In this document: in pieces, positions 35,703 to 49,498 of the stretch
How the letters are laid out: every line of letters begins with the position of its first letter
Numbering within the stretch: position 1 is the stretch's first letter
Assembly (NCBI GenBank): GCA_039545335.1
Contig: BCIN01000002.1
Span: forward strand, 558,001-622,000
Origin: Kondoa subrosea
Taxonomy: Eukaryota
Length of the DNA stretch: 64,000 nucleotides
Direction: 5' to 3'
Notes under the pieces: model-generated
Told to the model about the DNA's origin: nothing
The model's database searches: none
What the model saw: the letters and a program-made list of their open reading frames with translations, nothing else
Position numbers and translations under genes: made by a program

Positions 35703-38700
35703 ATGAGCTTAGACTCGCGAGAAGTCAGCTCCGACTTCATTGGCCTGCTTGCAAGTGCAGAAGTCGCATTGGGAGTGATGGGTATAGGGACTGTTATCTT
35801 TGAAGTTGGGAGACGCTGGAAGCGTAGAACGATACGAGTGATTCGTGAAGATCCAAGCGAAGATCAAGAGGACTTCGAAATGGCCGGATACCTCTACTCT
35901 GCTCGAAGTTTCGTACCGCACAATCCTTCGCCGAAGCATTCCAAATGGCCTTTAGCTTGGATTGCGCAAGTCATACCACTTGAGTAAGTTCAAACGTACC
36001 TTCGTAACGCTCTTACTTATGCTCTCCGGCAGTAACAAGTTCTATATCTCACACGCTGGACTGGATTCAGCTGTCTATGTATTGATGCTGAGAGGATGCT
36101 TTATGTTCACTCTGTCGCAAGCCTTAACGACTTTACCGATTCTCCTACCTATTCACTTAATTCATTCGCCAGACACACTCAAGAAAACAGATATCTCGCG
36201 AGCAAGTCTGTCTGCTTTGGTTTCTGAGGACTCAAACAAACATCTGCTGTTCATTCACGTAATTCTGTTATGGTGGATGACTGGTTGTTGGATGGGAACA
36301 ATGTACTGGCTAGGCAGAGCTGTTATTCAATCGCGCAAATGGTCATTGAACAAGCTGAAAAAAGCTGAAGAAGAGAAAGCTCGAGAAAAGATGCAATCAC
36401 CTCCATCACCAGAAGAAACTGAAACAGAAGAACGGCGAGGATGGCGACACCGAACTGTAGTCGTCACTAATATACCAGTGGATATGCGATCTGAAAACAC
36501 CCTGATCCGCTACTTTTCCGAAGAGCTAACGAGACGAAGACCAACAAACGACAGAAAAGATTCAACTTCAACGTATCCACCTCCTCAAGCTGTCAAGTCT
36601 CATTCTCCTCATCTGCCTCCTTCACCTATAGATAAAGGCGGAGAAAAGCCATTGATCACTCGAGTAGTGTTGGTCCGAAGAACATTCGAATTGCACGAAA
36701 TACATAGAAAGAGAGAAGAAGTTCTGCATCAGCTTGAAAGAGCGCATATCTTTTTGGCAAGAAGAGCTCTTCGGGCAGCTCGCGATCGGATAGAAAAGCT
36801 GGAAAAGATGAAACAAGGCATAGTCATCAAACCTACACCTGTGGAAAGGTTATCACGAAACCTCTCTCGTAAGCGGAAAACAAAAGAAGCTGGTGGAGAA
36901 GAAAAACAGGTTCAAAGATATGATGAAGAAGAAGCAGCTGATGCTGGTCTGGATCTGCTCGTTTCTACACTTCGTCCTTTCCTACCGAATTACGAAAACG
37001 AGCCATTGGACATTACTGTTTGGGAAGCTCTTTTATCGCTCCCAGCCGAAATATTAGACAAATATCAACCCATCTACCAACTTCGACATCTCTTCAAGGG
37101 TCAATCCGTTCCAAGTATCGACTACTTCTTGACCAAATTCAATCTTCTGACTGCCTTACTGGAGGATCTTCGCTCTTCACCTACCGATACTTATGCTCCA
37201 GGTCCAACGGCTTTCGTTACCTTTGAGAAAGCATCTACCGCTCGACGAGCCCTCTCAGAACTGCGCTGGCATCCGACTCGATCTTGGGCTTGCAAAGTTC
37301 GGCACGCGCCCGATGTCAGGGACATTGAGTGGGACAAAGTGGTCAAGATGTCCTTCAAGGGAGATGTGCTTCGCGGTTTCATTGTGGGAGCGGGTGTTTG
37401 GCTATTTATTCTGCTTTGGGTCATACCAGGTAAGTATAATGAGTGTCTATGTATGTCGTCGCTGATATCTGGTCGCAGTTACTTTACTACTCTCACTTTT
37501 CTCGCTCGACAATATTTCCAATCTTATTCCACCATTAGAAAATTGGCTTCTCACTAATCCTCGATCAAGATCATTGCTATCCTCACTACTACCCACTATC
37601 CTGCTTGCTATCCTTACATTCTTGGTACCAACTCTCATTATTCAATTTTCCCATCGAGGTCAACATTTTTTCACCATGTCTAAATTACATAACGCAGTAC
37701 TTTGTCGGTATTGGGCTTTCTTGATGACGGATGTCGTGATCGTCTTCTGCGCCGGTGCCAGGTCAGTCTTCGCTTCAGTGATGTTGGATAAAAGCTAATT
37801 TCAGTCCATACTGACAGTGCTGTTGAAGCTGTGTTTCAAAATCCAGCTCGAGCTCTAGCAGCAGCTACTCTGTTGGACAAGATCGCTTCGACTTTCCCTC
37901 GAGGAGCAACTTTCTTCATTCGTCAGTGTTGCCGCTTCCGTACATTGTGCTTACAACTCATATGTTTGATCAGATTGGCAAATCATCGTTTCTGGTATTC
38001 ACCCATTCTTTGAACTTATGTTGTTCGGATTTCCCATGGTAAGGCCGAACACAAGTCTGCAAACGAGCTGATCTTGAGATGTTCCACAGATCAACCATTT
38101 TGGAGTGCACGCGGCTGCCTCGCCTCGTAAAAGACTAAATCTCGCTTTACCGCGATCAATCAAGTACGTCTATAAGACTTCACATTAGCGGAACGGCTGA
38201 TGAGAGACTACCTCAGTGTTTATTACTGGCTACCTAATCACCTGACTGTCATCAGTGTCGTTTTCGTCTTCGCTCTACTCAATCCACTTGTGGTCGCGTT
38301 CAATCTGATTTACTTCACTTGGGCTCTGATAGTCTTCAAGAGATCTTTTGCTTTCTATTATTGGACCAGACATTACCAAGTAATACTCGCTTTCAATGTG
38401 CTCGTACTTCGCTTACGATTGAATGCAGCTTAATGGTAGAATGATCTTTCTTCGCTTTTTCAGATACTCTCTCGATGGTCTTCTTGTCGGCCAAATCGTC
38501 CTCATTGCTCTGCTTTGGGTTTCTAGAGCAAGCAAATACGGAGCTGCTTGTATTCCGGTCCCGGTCTTCACTGCATTCTTCAAACGTAAGTCTGATCAAT
38601 TGACCACCAATCAGCGGAGCTCATTATGACGTGCAGTTATCGGAACTCGTGTCTTCCATGCCTACTCGTGAGTTTTTTGCTATATAACTTCAGCGGGCGC

Positions 38701-40274
38701 TAAGATCGAGTTGTAGTGCTACTTTGGATGTTCGTGAAGCTGAAATTATTTGCGGTAAATCAGCTCGCCGAAGGCACTCGTCTCGTACATCGTCCATCGC
38801 TGGAGAAGAGCAGATACACATACCGCTAGCACCTTCGTTCCTGCTCGGCATTCGCCCTCTGAATCGATTGACTTGGAAAATCAGGTTTCACCCTGAAAGT
38901 GACCGATTGCTAGGCGATTTGCCGCCGGTCTCGAATAACTCAACGACCTCTGACTTCAATTCGTCGTCCAAGTGGAAGTTTTGGAACATCAAAACACTTA
39001 AAAGCACTCTCCGAAACAGCAGGATCACTTTCTCCGAGAACGCACCTATACTTTCCAAAGTATCTTCAACTTCATCTACCTCAGCAGCACCTTCTTCTTC
39101 AAATCATGATGATCCTTCTACTCCTCTATCATCGACCAGGGAAACAGATCCCTTTACCGCCCCGCTTGTGCCGCCTAAGCAGGAAGAGATGCCTCGCATC
39201 GCTCTACGCGATGAGCCTGCCTCTACATATTCATCGCTTTCCAAACCTCATCCTCGGCTGGTCAGAGATGATCGGACGGATTATTCTGCCAGATACGAGA
39301 ACCCGTTCTTGACGTAAGCTCGCCGTTTACCAGGCGATTGACAAAAGGCTTACTATTCATATAGTGAGGCTTTGACTTGCCACATGTGGCTGCCGAGACA
39401 TCCTTTGGGTCCTATTGATTTGAATGACTCAATCGACTGGTTCGGTTCTGCTCTGGTCTCGAGCCATGGCGGATCAGGAAAGATTGGCTCGATGGAGGAT
39501 GAAACAGAAGCGGTCAAGGAAGATCTTGAGGTCATTAGAGATCAGCAACTACAAGTCGCGGCTACAGAAGCACTGGTAGCCGATAAAGCTCAACCAGCGG
39601 ATCTTTCGATAACACCTACGCTCCTTTCCAGTACTTCGCAGCGGACCTCTGCCCCTCGAAGGTCTCCATCCATCATGACAACATCTACAGCGCCACCTGT
39701 ATCGCATCAACGGCTCCAAGGAGACGAACGCATACAGATCGCTCATCAAATTCGAAGTCGCCTCGAAGATGGCGAAAATGAGGAAACAACAAGTAATCTC
39801 CTTCCCGTACGACCAGTCCGCAAGACCTCGGCAGCGACTAGCAGCTCTTTGACATGGGATGACAGTGTACCTGGCTCAAGCGTTTCTTCACGCGATCGAG
39901 CTACCAGTCTCGTTCCCAGCGATCACAGCAGCTCTGTGATCCTTCCTGGTCGATCTCCGTCTCGCAGTGCAACTATAATTACATCTCCTCTGCTCAGTCC
40001 GAAGCGAGCTCCTACCTTTAGAAGACAACCTTCAGTGTTTTCCAACTCCTCCGAAAATGGCTTCAGTCGGAGCAATACAATCAGGCAAGTATCAGTTTCC
40101 CGCAAGGACACGATCAGTCAGCAAGAAGCTCTCAGGGAGGAAGTACTGCATGAGCTGCAAACGGAAAATATGAGGAAAGCAAAAGCCAGAGAAGATGAAC
40201 AGGCAGCAACCGAGCGCAACAAGCGATTGCTTGGCTGGGCTTCAAAAATTGTGTACAAAGGGGATGAGCAATAA
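35703..40274 (+). CDS. CSC1/OSCA/TMEM63 (Rsn1/Phm7-like) calcium-permeable stress-gated channel
   Basis: GLDSAVYVLMLR, RTVVVTNIP, TAFVTF, APDVRDIEW, multiple TMs, long disordered C-terminus. Confidence 0.88.
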
Positions 40275-40334
40275 TAGATAGTTCTGTGCATCATGTTGTA
40301 AATAAAGGTATATCATGTCGTTCCAGCATAAATT

Positions 40335-41845
40335 TCATAGAGTCGCTTGTAAAGCATCGTTGAAGACATCAGGCTCGCTCCAGAATGGCAGATGATCTCC
40401 CTTTCCAATCTCCTTGATAGTCGCAGCGATATCATTGGCCTTCAAGTGTTTCTCTGTGACCCGCGCAATCCAGTCGGAACTTCCATAAATGAAGTGTAGA
40501 TCAATCTTCTGCTTGAGATGAGAAAATCTTTCGAACACGGGAAAATCTGCTTTGGCGCCAGCGCCTTCTTCGTTGTTAGCAAAGTGTCAATACGAATAGC
40601 GAAATTAGGGCACCTATAATATAGAAGAGAGCATTCTCGGAGCCAGCGGAAACCGTGAAGGAGATACCGTAGCAGTAAGAGAATAGAGCACCGAGGAAGT
40701 CTTTGCTCTCATTGCCGTTGACCATATGATCGGCTATGTATCGAGCTGTACCAAAGACTCCGATTGGTCCTATGTAAGTTATCAGCAAGAAAACAACTAT
40801 CGAAGACTTGACTGACCCATTGGTCGAATGATGTCGAGCGGCCTGCAAAGACCTGTGAGCAAACATTACCAGAGGCATAATTCAGAACTCACTGCAAGCG
40901 GAACTTCCAAAGCGCATGCAATATACTGTAAGCTTTCAAAATCGGTACAATTTAGCCATATACCCAGCGGATTTTATGAGGACACCAACCTAAGCCTTCA
41001 TCTTTGTCATTTCGTTTGACTTTGCCATCAAGGATAACGCCATCGGGAGCAGGATCATTATTGACCATTCCCGCGGCGGAGACGAGGATGAGCTTCTTAA
41101 TGATCGAAGGGTGAGCCAGAGAATAGCACGATGCGAAATAAGCGCCTGAGAGTAGATTAGCCTTAGCGACAAAGGAAATGTGAGACCTTGCCTAGGGAGT
41201 GAGCGACTATGGTCAAACTCTCGAGGCCCATAGCAATTCGCCAAGCTTCAATAGAATTGACGAAGAAAGCTTCGGCCTGTCACATAGAAGTTAAAGAGAA
41301 GCAAGACCGGCTGAAGACGATCTAACCTGATCCGCTTGAGCTTTCTTGGTTTTTGCATTGACTCGACATCTGACTCGAGAGCTTCTACCCATACCCAAGA
41401 GATCAAAGGCCAGAACTCGCGTGTCTGAAGTCGCTTGTGGTGCTAGAGAAGCCAGATTCTTCGTGAATAGTGCTAAGCCAGATCCGAACTTTGTCAAGAA
41501 AGTTAGCGGCAGTAGAGTGATATAGATAGCTCTTACCCCGTGAATGAGTACGATAGCATGCTTGGCAGTCTGAGGATCTTCATCAGAACAGTTACTCTAA
41601 CCTTTGTTCAAGCAACTCACTGATTTTGATCGACCTCCTACTTCCAGCGTATTGATGAAAGCGTTGTAGCCAGGTAACTCAACATGAAAGAGTCTGGCAA
41701 AAGGTTTCTCGCTCTCAACAGAAGGATCCAAGTTCAGATGAAAGGAAAGTAATTGCCTTTCGGCGACTGCTAAAGAAGACTCGTCCTCTTTACGCCATGA
41801 AGTCAAGGATTGTCTTATAGTACGAGGAAAAGGCAGGGCAGACAT
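40335..41845 (-). CDS. Cld1/Ict1/ABHD4-5-like alpha/beta hydrolase, copy 1
   Basis: INTLEVG, HG-FGSGLALFTKNL, DLLGMGRSSR, AHSLG-AY, FIYGSSDW, GDHLPFWS. Confidence 0.85.
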
Positions 41846-42067
41846 GTTGATTGTTGGAGAGCAGGAAGAGAAAAAAGAGATCTGCTGCAGAGGTCTCTAG
41901 CATCGCCCAGTAGAGCTCCGAAGACGAAAAGCGAAGACGACGAGCGAAGAAACTTAGAGCAGAGATATGCATAGAGAACGTAGAATTAGAGCAATGATCG
42001 CACACCAGAATGTGAATAAGTTAAGTTTCTATTTGACAGCTGGAAATTTTTGTTAAGTGTTTGTCTT

Positions 42068-43663
42068 CTAATTCCGCAGGACTTCCGCTATTGAACGATT
42101 GAAGACTTGAGGAGTATCCCAGAAGGCAACATGGCCAGCATGAGGCAGTATTGTTATCGGAGCGGAAAGACCAAGCTCGTCCAGATCGGCTTTTGACACT
42201 CTTGCTATCCAGTCTTTCTCCCTGTTTTCGACAATCATTACCATCTGTAGAAATTGATTATAGATAGCATACCCGTATATGAACGCGAGCTTGGTCTTGC
42301 TAGCATCAAAGCTCTTGAAACGCCTCAATACAGGGTAGTCCGGTTTAGCTCCTGCGCCTAAAGAGCAGTCAACACTGAGGCATACTTGCATGACTATGGA
42401 GCATACCTAGTAGATGAAAGAGCGCGTTGGTGCTGCCACTGCCGGATGTGAAAGACAAGCCGTAACAGTAGCTATATAGCGAATACACGAAATCGGCGTC
42501 TTCTTTTCCATTGAGCATATGATCGGTCAGGTAAATTGAGGTTCCCAATGCAGCCTATAACAGAATCAATTCTAACTTCATGCCTCATTACTTGCTGTAC
42601 TCACCAAAGGTCCCAATGGTCTCAGAACACTTATGCAAAACAATACATCAGCGAATACCGACCGAAGAGCTATGATAGACTCACTCTAATGGTGTGTACC
42701 TAGCTTGCCACATCAGATGTAAAAGACCGTAAGCGAAACCTTGATTTCGACCAATCTTCTTTGCATTTTGACCTCGCTTGACCTCTTTTACCTCCGGCAG
42801 CATACCTGCTGGACAAACGAGTACAAGTTTGCTGACTAGATGTTGATATTTGAGGGTGTAAACAGCCGCAAAGTAGCCTCCTTCAGGCAAAGATCAGATC
42901 TGTTTACGAAAGAGGATGCTACTGCTGACCTAGAGAATGCGCAACAATAGTCAAACGCTCCAGACCCATTGCTATACGCCATGCTTCCAGTGAATCGACA
43001 AAGAAGGATTCCGCCTATTGACTGTGATTAGCGGGTCGCAGTCATGGATCGAAACAGCGCCGAACCTGATGAGCTCTATCCTTCGCTTCCTTTGCATCCA
43101 CTATACAGCTTACTCGCGAGCTTCTTCCCATTCCAAGCAGGTCTATAGCGAAAACCCTCGTTTCCTCGGTAGCGAATTGATCTAGGTTTGCAAGATTCTT
43201 TGTGAAGAGTGCGAGACCGGCTCCAAACTGATCAGGACTATGAGTATTACTGAATATACGATATTCCCAGTTGAAGCCTTACGCCGTGGATTAACAGAAT
43301 AGCATGCTTGGCTGACTGTGATACCTGTCAGCTATACTTAGAGCTATAGAACGACCAGTGTACCTTGCTTGACGCTTTGGGACCAATTTCAAGCGTGTTT
43401 ATGTATCCCCCTTCATTTGGCAGATGTACTTGAAACAGCTTTGCTCTTGGTTTCTCGCTTTCAACGTCATCCAAGTTCAAGTGTAACGACAGAAGATCCT
43501 TCTCTGCTTGCTCTAAAGAAGCCTCGTCCTCGTTGAGCCAGGCAGACCACGCTTGCGCCAAATTCTTAGGCACGACATTGCTATTTGATCTGGATTTGCT
43601 TTTCCTATATAGGTGTATAAGGTAATATCCTATGAAAGGAGCAGGCAGAAGCCAGAGTTGCAT
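42068..43663 (-). CDS. Cld1/Ict1/ABHD4-5-like alpha/beta hydrolase, copy 2 (extra hydrophobic N-terminus)
   Basis: INTLEIG, HG-FGAGLALFTKNL, DLLGMGRSSR, AHSLG-GY, AGHVAFWD; tandem paralog of copy 1 with several shared intron positions. Confidence 0.87.
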
Positions 43664-44834
43664 GCGTTGTTGAGGAAAAGCATGACAAATCCGAAATTGC
43701 TGTCACCTAATCAGTTTCAGGCGTCATTCTTGAATACGGCTTTTTAGCTATAGATTTCCGTGTATATGCCGCGATTTCCCTATTATCTTATTGGTCCTTC
43801 CTCTCGACTAAATATCATTGAGTACAAGCTCAATCATTGCATCATGCAAGTTTCATCTTCCGCTTTGTTCTCAATGACATATACATCAAAAGAGTAAGGG
43901 TCTTGCCTGTAGAGGGGCCGACTGACATCGCTGTAGAAGCACGGAATTTTCAATGATTTAGGCTAGAATGTCTTTGAGACATCTGGTATATCAATCCTTT
44001 CTTCCTTTTTCATCCTTTGATATTGCATGAGGTGAGACGGAATGCGACGTTTTGGAATTGGAGCACACAGGTAGTATAAAGGTGATGATATACATCGACT
44101 GAGAACTTCGGAAAAACACCATGGTAAGATGCAAGTAAGTTGACGGTGGGATTCCAGATGCACGTATCATTTGATGTACACAAAGCCCGTCGTATCAGAT
44201 CATATCCAGTGTGGCATGACCATTTTTGTTCCGCGTGAGCATGATGAGCGCTTGAAAGCCAATCAAAGATTCTTCGCAGAGCGAAAAATGTGCTGAATCA
44301 TTTCAGATCGTATCAGAAAGACTCTTACAGTAGTAGCAGCAGGGTTAATCAAGCAGAAAACAGTTTCGAACACGATTCAAAGCACAACAGCGGAAAGAGA
44401 AAAAACTGAAATACGAGGAAGAAAAGTAAGCTTGAGCGCGAGAGCGCGTAATGGAACCTCATACACTGAGTGAGAGTCTACGCAGGAAGAGAAGAGAAGA
44501 GCAAGTTTGCCTTCCATGGGTTCGGTTCAAGCCGTATGATCCGAACTTTCCGACTCGAGGGAGCATAAGGTTAGAGAGAAACCCTCATCTCTCTCTTATT
44601 GTGCGAAAGATCTGTGAGCAACCAGCCTGTTGTCTGCTATTCTACCGTCATGCAACATCAGCCCGTAAAGAGATTGTCAAAATTCAGCAAGTTCTGCTGT
44701 CCTTGCAAGCTCGCAAATCTTGTGCTACACCTGAAACCTTCACCTACTGCTGCCTTATATACCCGAATCACTATCTATACATACAGAATATCAGCTCATT
44801 GCCTTGCTTTTTCCTGTCGACAGTTCATAGAATC

Positions 44835-45468
44835 ATGACAAAAAAGAGGAGGAACGGTGGACGCAACAAGTCTGGCCGAGGTTAGCATTACATCAAGCAT
44901 ACATCAATGCAACAGTTCAGCTGATTCTTTGGGCGAAAAAAGGTCACGTCAATTTCGTTCGCTGCTCAAACTGCAGTCGAGCATGCCCCAAGGACAAGGC
45001 AATCAAGAGGTTCACTGTAAGAAACATGGTCGAATCTGCCGCTGTCAGAGATATTTCAGATGCCAGTGTCTACCCTGGTTAGTCGGAAGCTTGCGCTTGA
45101 TTTGCAAAATCTTATACGTGGTTTTCCATCTAACAGAATACGTCCTGTATGCCTTCAATAACTACATTGCAACACAGCAAATCTGATATATGGTGTGCAC
45201 AGTCCCAAGCTCTACCTCAAAGTTCACTACTGCGTCTCATGCGCTATTCACTCACATCTCGTCCGTGTACGATCTGCTACCGGTCGTCGCAACCGTGCAC
45301 CACCACCACGTGTGCGTTTCAACAAGGTGAGACATGGATAGGCGAAAGGCAGTTTCAGTCTTTGCTGACGTCTCACTATTTTCGCAGGATGGAAAGAAGA
45401 TTGCAACCACTACCCAAAACACTGTCTCAGCTGCTGCAGGAGCACAGGCAAACATCAAGAGAGGATAG
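44835..45468 (+). CDS. RPS26: 40S ribosomal protein S26 (eS26)
   Basis: [39 protein letters not shown]...[16 protein letters not shown]; 4 introns and a 10-nt exon at 45137-45146. Confidence 0.97.
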
Positions 45469-45549
45469 ATTTATGATGCAATCGTAAAACCCCTTTTCAT
45501 GAGTTTGTAACCTTTTTGGGACATGAGCATTTTTCTTTGCATTTGAGGT

Positions 45550-47684
45550 CCCTTATCGTTTGGACCAGTCTCACGTGTTGGTCTTCCTGCTCTTGTACCT
45601 CTGCCCCATCTTCTGCGCTCGATCTTCCGGTATACACGCGCGCGAAGCAAGGCAGGTCAAACGAATTAAGTCTGCTATTCTGTGTTTTCGGATCGAGTTT
45701 ATGATGCTATTCAATGCTGATCAAATGATGTCTATTCATGCTGTACTTCCATGCCAATATGTATTTCATAATATCTCCTGCTCTGCCTCTTGCTTTTTCT
45801 TTTGGACGAAATCCTCAATCTTCTCGACGATCCCATGTTCAATTGCTTTGCGAGCAGCAGCGTCTTTTGCATCTACTCCAGAATGATACTCATAACCTGA
45901 TCTGTATTGCTTTGTATTGTTTCTTGCCAAAGTGAGAGTAAGCACACAACCATATCTTCCATCTGTTTTCAAACTTATGTCAGCTCAAATCAACTCCTAA
46001 GAGAGTATGGAGACATACTACGCGGATCTGTTCTAACATCGAATGCCAAAACTTCTTTATCGCCTAATTGAGTCTGACAAAGTTTTTCCAACTGATCAAC
46101 TTGTTCACTCTTCTCTTCTCCTTCTACCTCTTCTTGTTCTTGTTTGGGAATGATAGGGAGAGGTATAGGTGAAATTGAACTTCTGCTACTACTAGAATGA
46201 ATAGGTTGAAAACCCGAAGACGAAGAAGGTTCAGAAGGAGGTAAAGACATCCAAGCAGATTGAGCTGATGTGTTTCTCGTTAAAGCTGTCAAAGCAGGTG
46301 AAACGCCATTTAATCTAGGTGGATAAGCGGTAGGAATATAATTCGAAGTTGATGACGATGATGATGATGATGAAGTAGGTCGAATGAGGTCTAGAATTCC
46401 TTCGTTCAAAGCTTTTCGAGCAACTAGTTCTTTAGCTTCTTTCTTTGATCGATGGACCGCTTCAACAGTATAGCGAGTTTGACCTTCGTATTCGATCTTG
46501 CAACCAAACATGGTAACTACCCAAAAGCCTGTTCAGCTTTTACAGATGAGAATGTGGTAGACCGCACTGTTTAGGACATTATCCTGTGTTGGAACAAAGC
46601 TGACCATACTAGGACTCTTTCGTACTTCTTGCAGAGCTTCAATGATGATACCAACGGGATTTTGGACATTATCGTAAGCATGAGAAGATGTTGAAGAGCT
46701 AGTAACAGAAGTAACAGAAGGAGATCTAGATGTACTAGCTTTCGGAACAGAAAGAGGTGGAGGTAGTAATTTAGGTCGAGCCAAAAGTGAAAGTAAACCT
46801 TGATCTATCGCTTTTCTAGTGACTGCTTCTTTGATTCTCTTTGTTGAAGGTTTGTTCAAGTCGTATGCTTGTTCTTCTTGATACCACAAGATTTGATCGG
46901 GAAGAGTTATGATCAACTTGCATGAAAGAGTTTGACCGTTGTCATTGATTTCATATTGCGGTGTAGGTCTGCTGGGATGCTTCTGAGCTGCTTCAAAGAC
47001 TATTCCGATAGGATTGACAATTGCAGAACCAGCTGAAGAAGGTGTAGAAACTTGTTGCGGACTTTCTGATGAAGGAGGAGATCCGACGGGTATTTCAGGA
47101 GTGGAGATTCGAGAAGAAGAGAGTGAAGAGACAAGAGGAGAAGGTTTCAGAGAAGAAGGTAAGCTATCCCAAGCTGTTTTGAGATGCTTTACGGCATCGT
47201 GCTTGAGTGCTAAGAAAGAGACGGCAGATTCCGCTAGAGACGCGGAAATATAGACTTCTTCAACTGCGTAGACGTGTCGCAATACTGCGCAAGGTAGAAG
47301 AACGGCAGTACAGCCATATAGTATTCTGCCGGCTTGAAAGTACGTGAGCTTACTACGCAAAGACACTCACACAAGACTCACTTTCGCTGGCAGTATGACT
47401 CGATACAAATGACACTGAGCTGTCAGAGCCAAAGATAGCAGCATAAGACTCCAACAATAGAGCACGAGGACTTTTCAAGACGACAGTAAGCATCAACAAG
47501 GCTGAGTCAATTGTCGTGTGCAGACTTACTCAGTGGATGGCATGCTCAAGGCTGCTCCTTCAATACTTGACCGGAGCTTCTTTGATCCCAATCTTTCCTC
47601 AGAGTCCGCAGCAGAATCACCTTCTTCTATTTTCCTCTTATAACCATTCAATTGCTGGGTGCTGCTGCTCTCCGCTTGGCCCAT
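45550..47684 (-). CDS. Protein with four degenerate dsRNA-binding-domain-like repeats (3' end approximate)
   Basis: Repeated NP(I/V)G..E...(F/Y)GC...(S/T)KxxAKExxARKAL/AI units separated by S/P-rich linkers. Confidence 0.65.
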
Positions 47685-47856
47685 CAAAGCACTGCTGTTC
47701 CTCCTCTTCTGCGTGTCTGTTCCGTCCCTCGCCCCAGGTCGCGTGTTATTCGGTCGAGACGGCCTGTAGAACAGAAACAACTCAAGTAATTTATCGAGTC
47801 TCGGCAGTCCTCGCGCAAGCTTCTTTTCCCTCTTGGTCCTGCACAAGCATCTTAAT

Positions 47857-49181
47857 ATGGCTTCATACAATGATCTAGGCTGGCAGCATGTCAAATCCTC
47901 TCCATCTCTCAGTTCGCGCAGTTCCTCGGATTCCAGCTCAAAAAACGTAATTCACAAGATGCCTCTGGTTATTCGCAAGATCAGACATGAAGTACACAAA
48001 CTTCCAGAGTTTGAGAATCTCAAGCAAGCTCAATTGGACAGAGCCAGTCGAGAGTAAGGGCTAATTTTAACCGCTTGCATGTGTCCTTTTCATTGATTAT
48101 GCTCTGTTATACAGCTACTTTGTGGTTCAGGAAGGTTTCAGAATAGCTCATTTGGTCGATGCTGTGCATATTCAGGATTTAGGTGCTTTCAGTATAGCTT
48201 TAGGCAAAGTAAGGTTTGCCCGCTCGCAATTTGATTACTAAGACTGATCCCGCGATTGGGTTTCAGGGCAGCAAAGGGTCAGGCAGTGGAATGGTTCTTA
48301 TCCATGAAAGCACAACGCAGCAGACTTTCCTTGCCAATCGGAAAAGGTTTCTTGAAGTACTAGCTCGACCTGGTCAAACACTATGTCCTCTGAGTCAATT
48401 CTATGTGCGTAAACTACTGTGAAAAGGAGTCACCGAGCATCTCTAACGGATGATGACAGGTCAGAGTTAGCGGAAGTACACCAGAATTGCTACAAGAAGT
48501 TCCTGCTTTTATCTATGAAACGATTCTCAAACTCCGAACTTTGGTTGAAAATGCGCTATGCAAAGACGGAGAACCTCTTCCGATCATACATATGAGTAAC
48601 TTGCTACCAAGCTATCCCTCTCCAGCAAGAGCGATGGTTAGTTTGGCAGGTAAACTTCTCGGCTATCCAGTGTAAGCAGTCAAGACTTTGCAGCTTCATG
48701 AATCGCTAACAAAGTATTTATAGCATCTACGTACTGGACACAAATCCATATGGCCATGATGAAGACTCAGTTATTGCACCCGCTCTGCAGAATCAACCAC
48801 TTTGGGTTATTCGGTTAGGATTAGAAGGCGTTGATCCGCGCAACGAGTTCGTCCTTCGCACTCTAATACACTCATCGTCTGACCTTTACCACAACAGTCA
48901 TTGTCTCTTACCATTCACCGCACCCGCTTGCCTTTTTGCACTGGATTCGGATGATCAAGATGAATTGACAGAAAAACTACCTACTCTGGTTGCGTTGAGA
49001 TCAATGTGTACTCCGATCATGTATGAATTGCTTGATGATTCAAGTGATGATATGCAAAGGTTATGGAGAGATTTGGATATCACTGTTGATGGTCAGTAGC
49101 AAAACTTCTTTCGCCAAAATGTGAAGTGTAAGCTGATTGTTGGAACTAGGTCCAAAAATCTTTGATCGTTTGGCTCTGTGA
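47857..49181 (+). CDS. DUF4504 / UPF0739 (C1orf74-like) protein
   Basis: LLVVQEGFRIAHLVD and LAGKLLGYPV|IY resemble the family motifs as recalled; not searched. Confidence 0.55.
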
Positions 49182-49498
49182 CACGAAGAAGCAAAGTCGA
49201 TTACGCATGATTGGGGATTATAAATTTTTGGGTCTTAGGGTGAAGATGGGCAATCATTTGTATTTGTATGGAACATGCGGACATTATCATTGATCTGGAT
49301 TAGTCAAATGCTACAAATATCTATTTTTTATTGGCACAATGCGAGCCGAAAGGAAATGTCAATCTGAAAGGATGCGCAGATAGATAGTGTGAAAATGCCT
49401 TTTGGAAGATGATTAACGTGTGACTTAAACTTGTCGAATTGCAATACCCCTATAAACCCCTTGAGAAGAGAAAGAAATAGAATGAAGGTGATGAACGA

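Noticed and set aside
44241..44296. Possible C/D box snoRNA (ATGATGA ... CTGA) upstream of RPS26
   Set aside because: Only about 56 nt, no convincing terminal stem and no identifiable rRNA guide; snoscan or Infernal would be needed.
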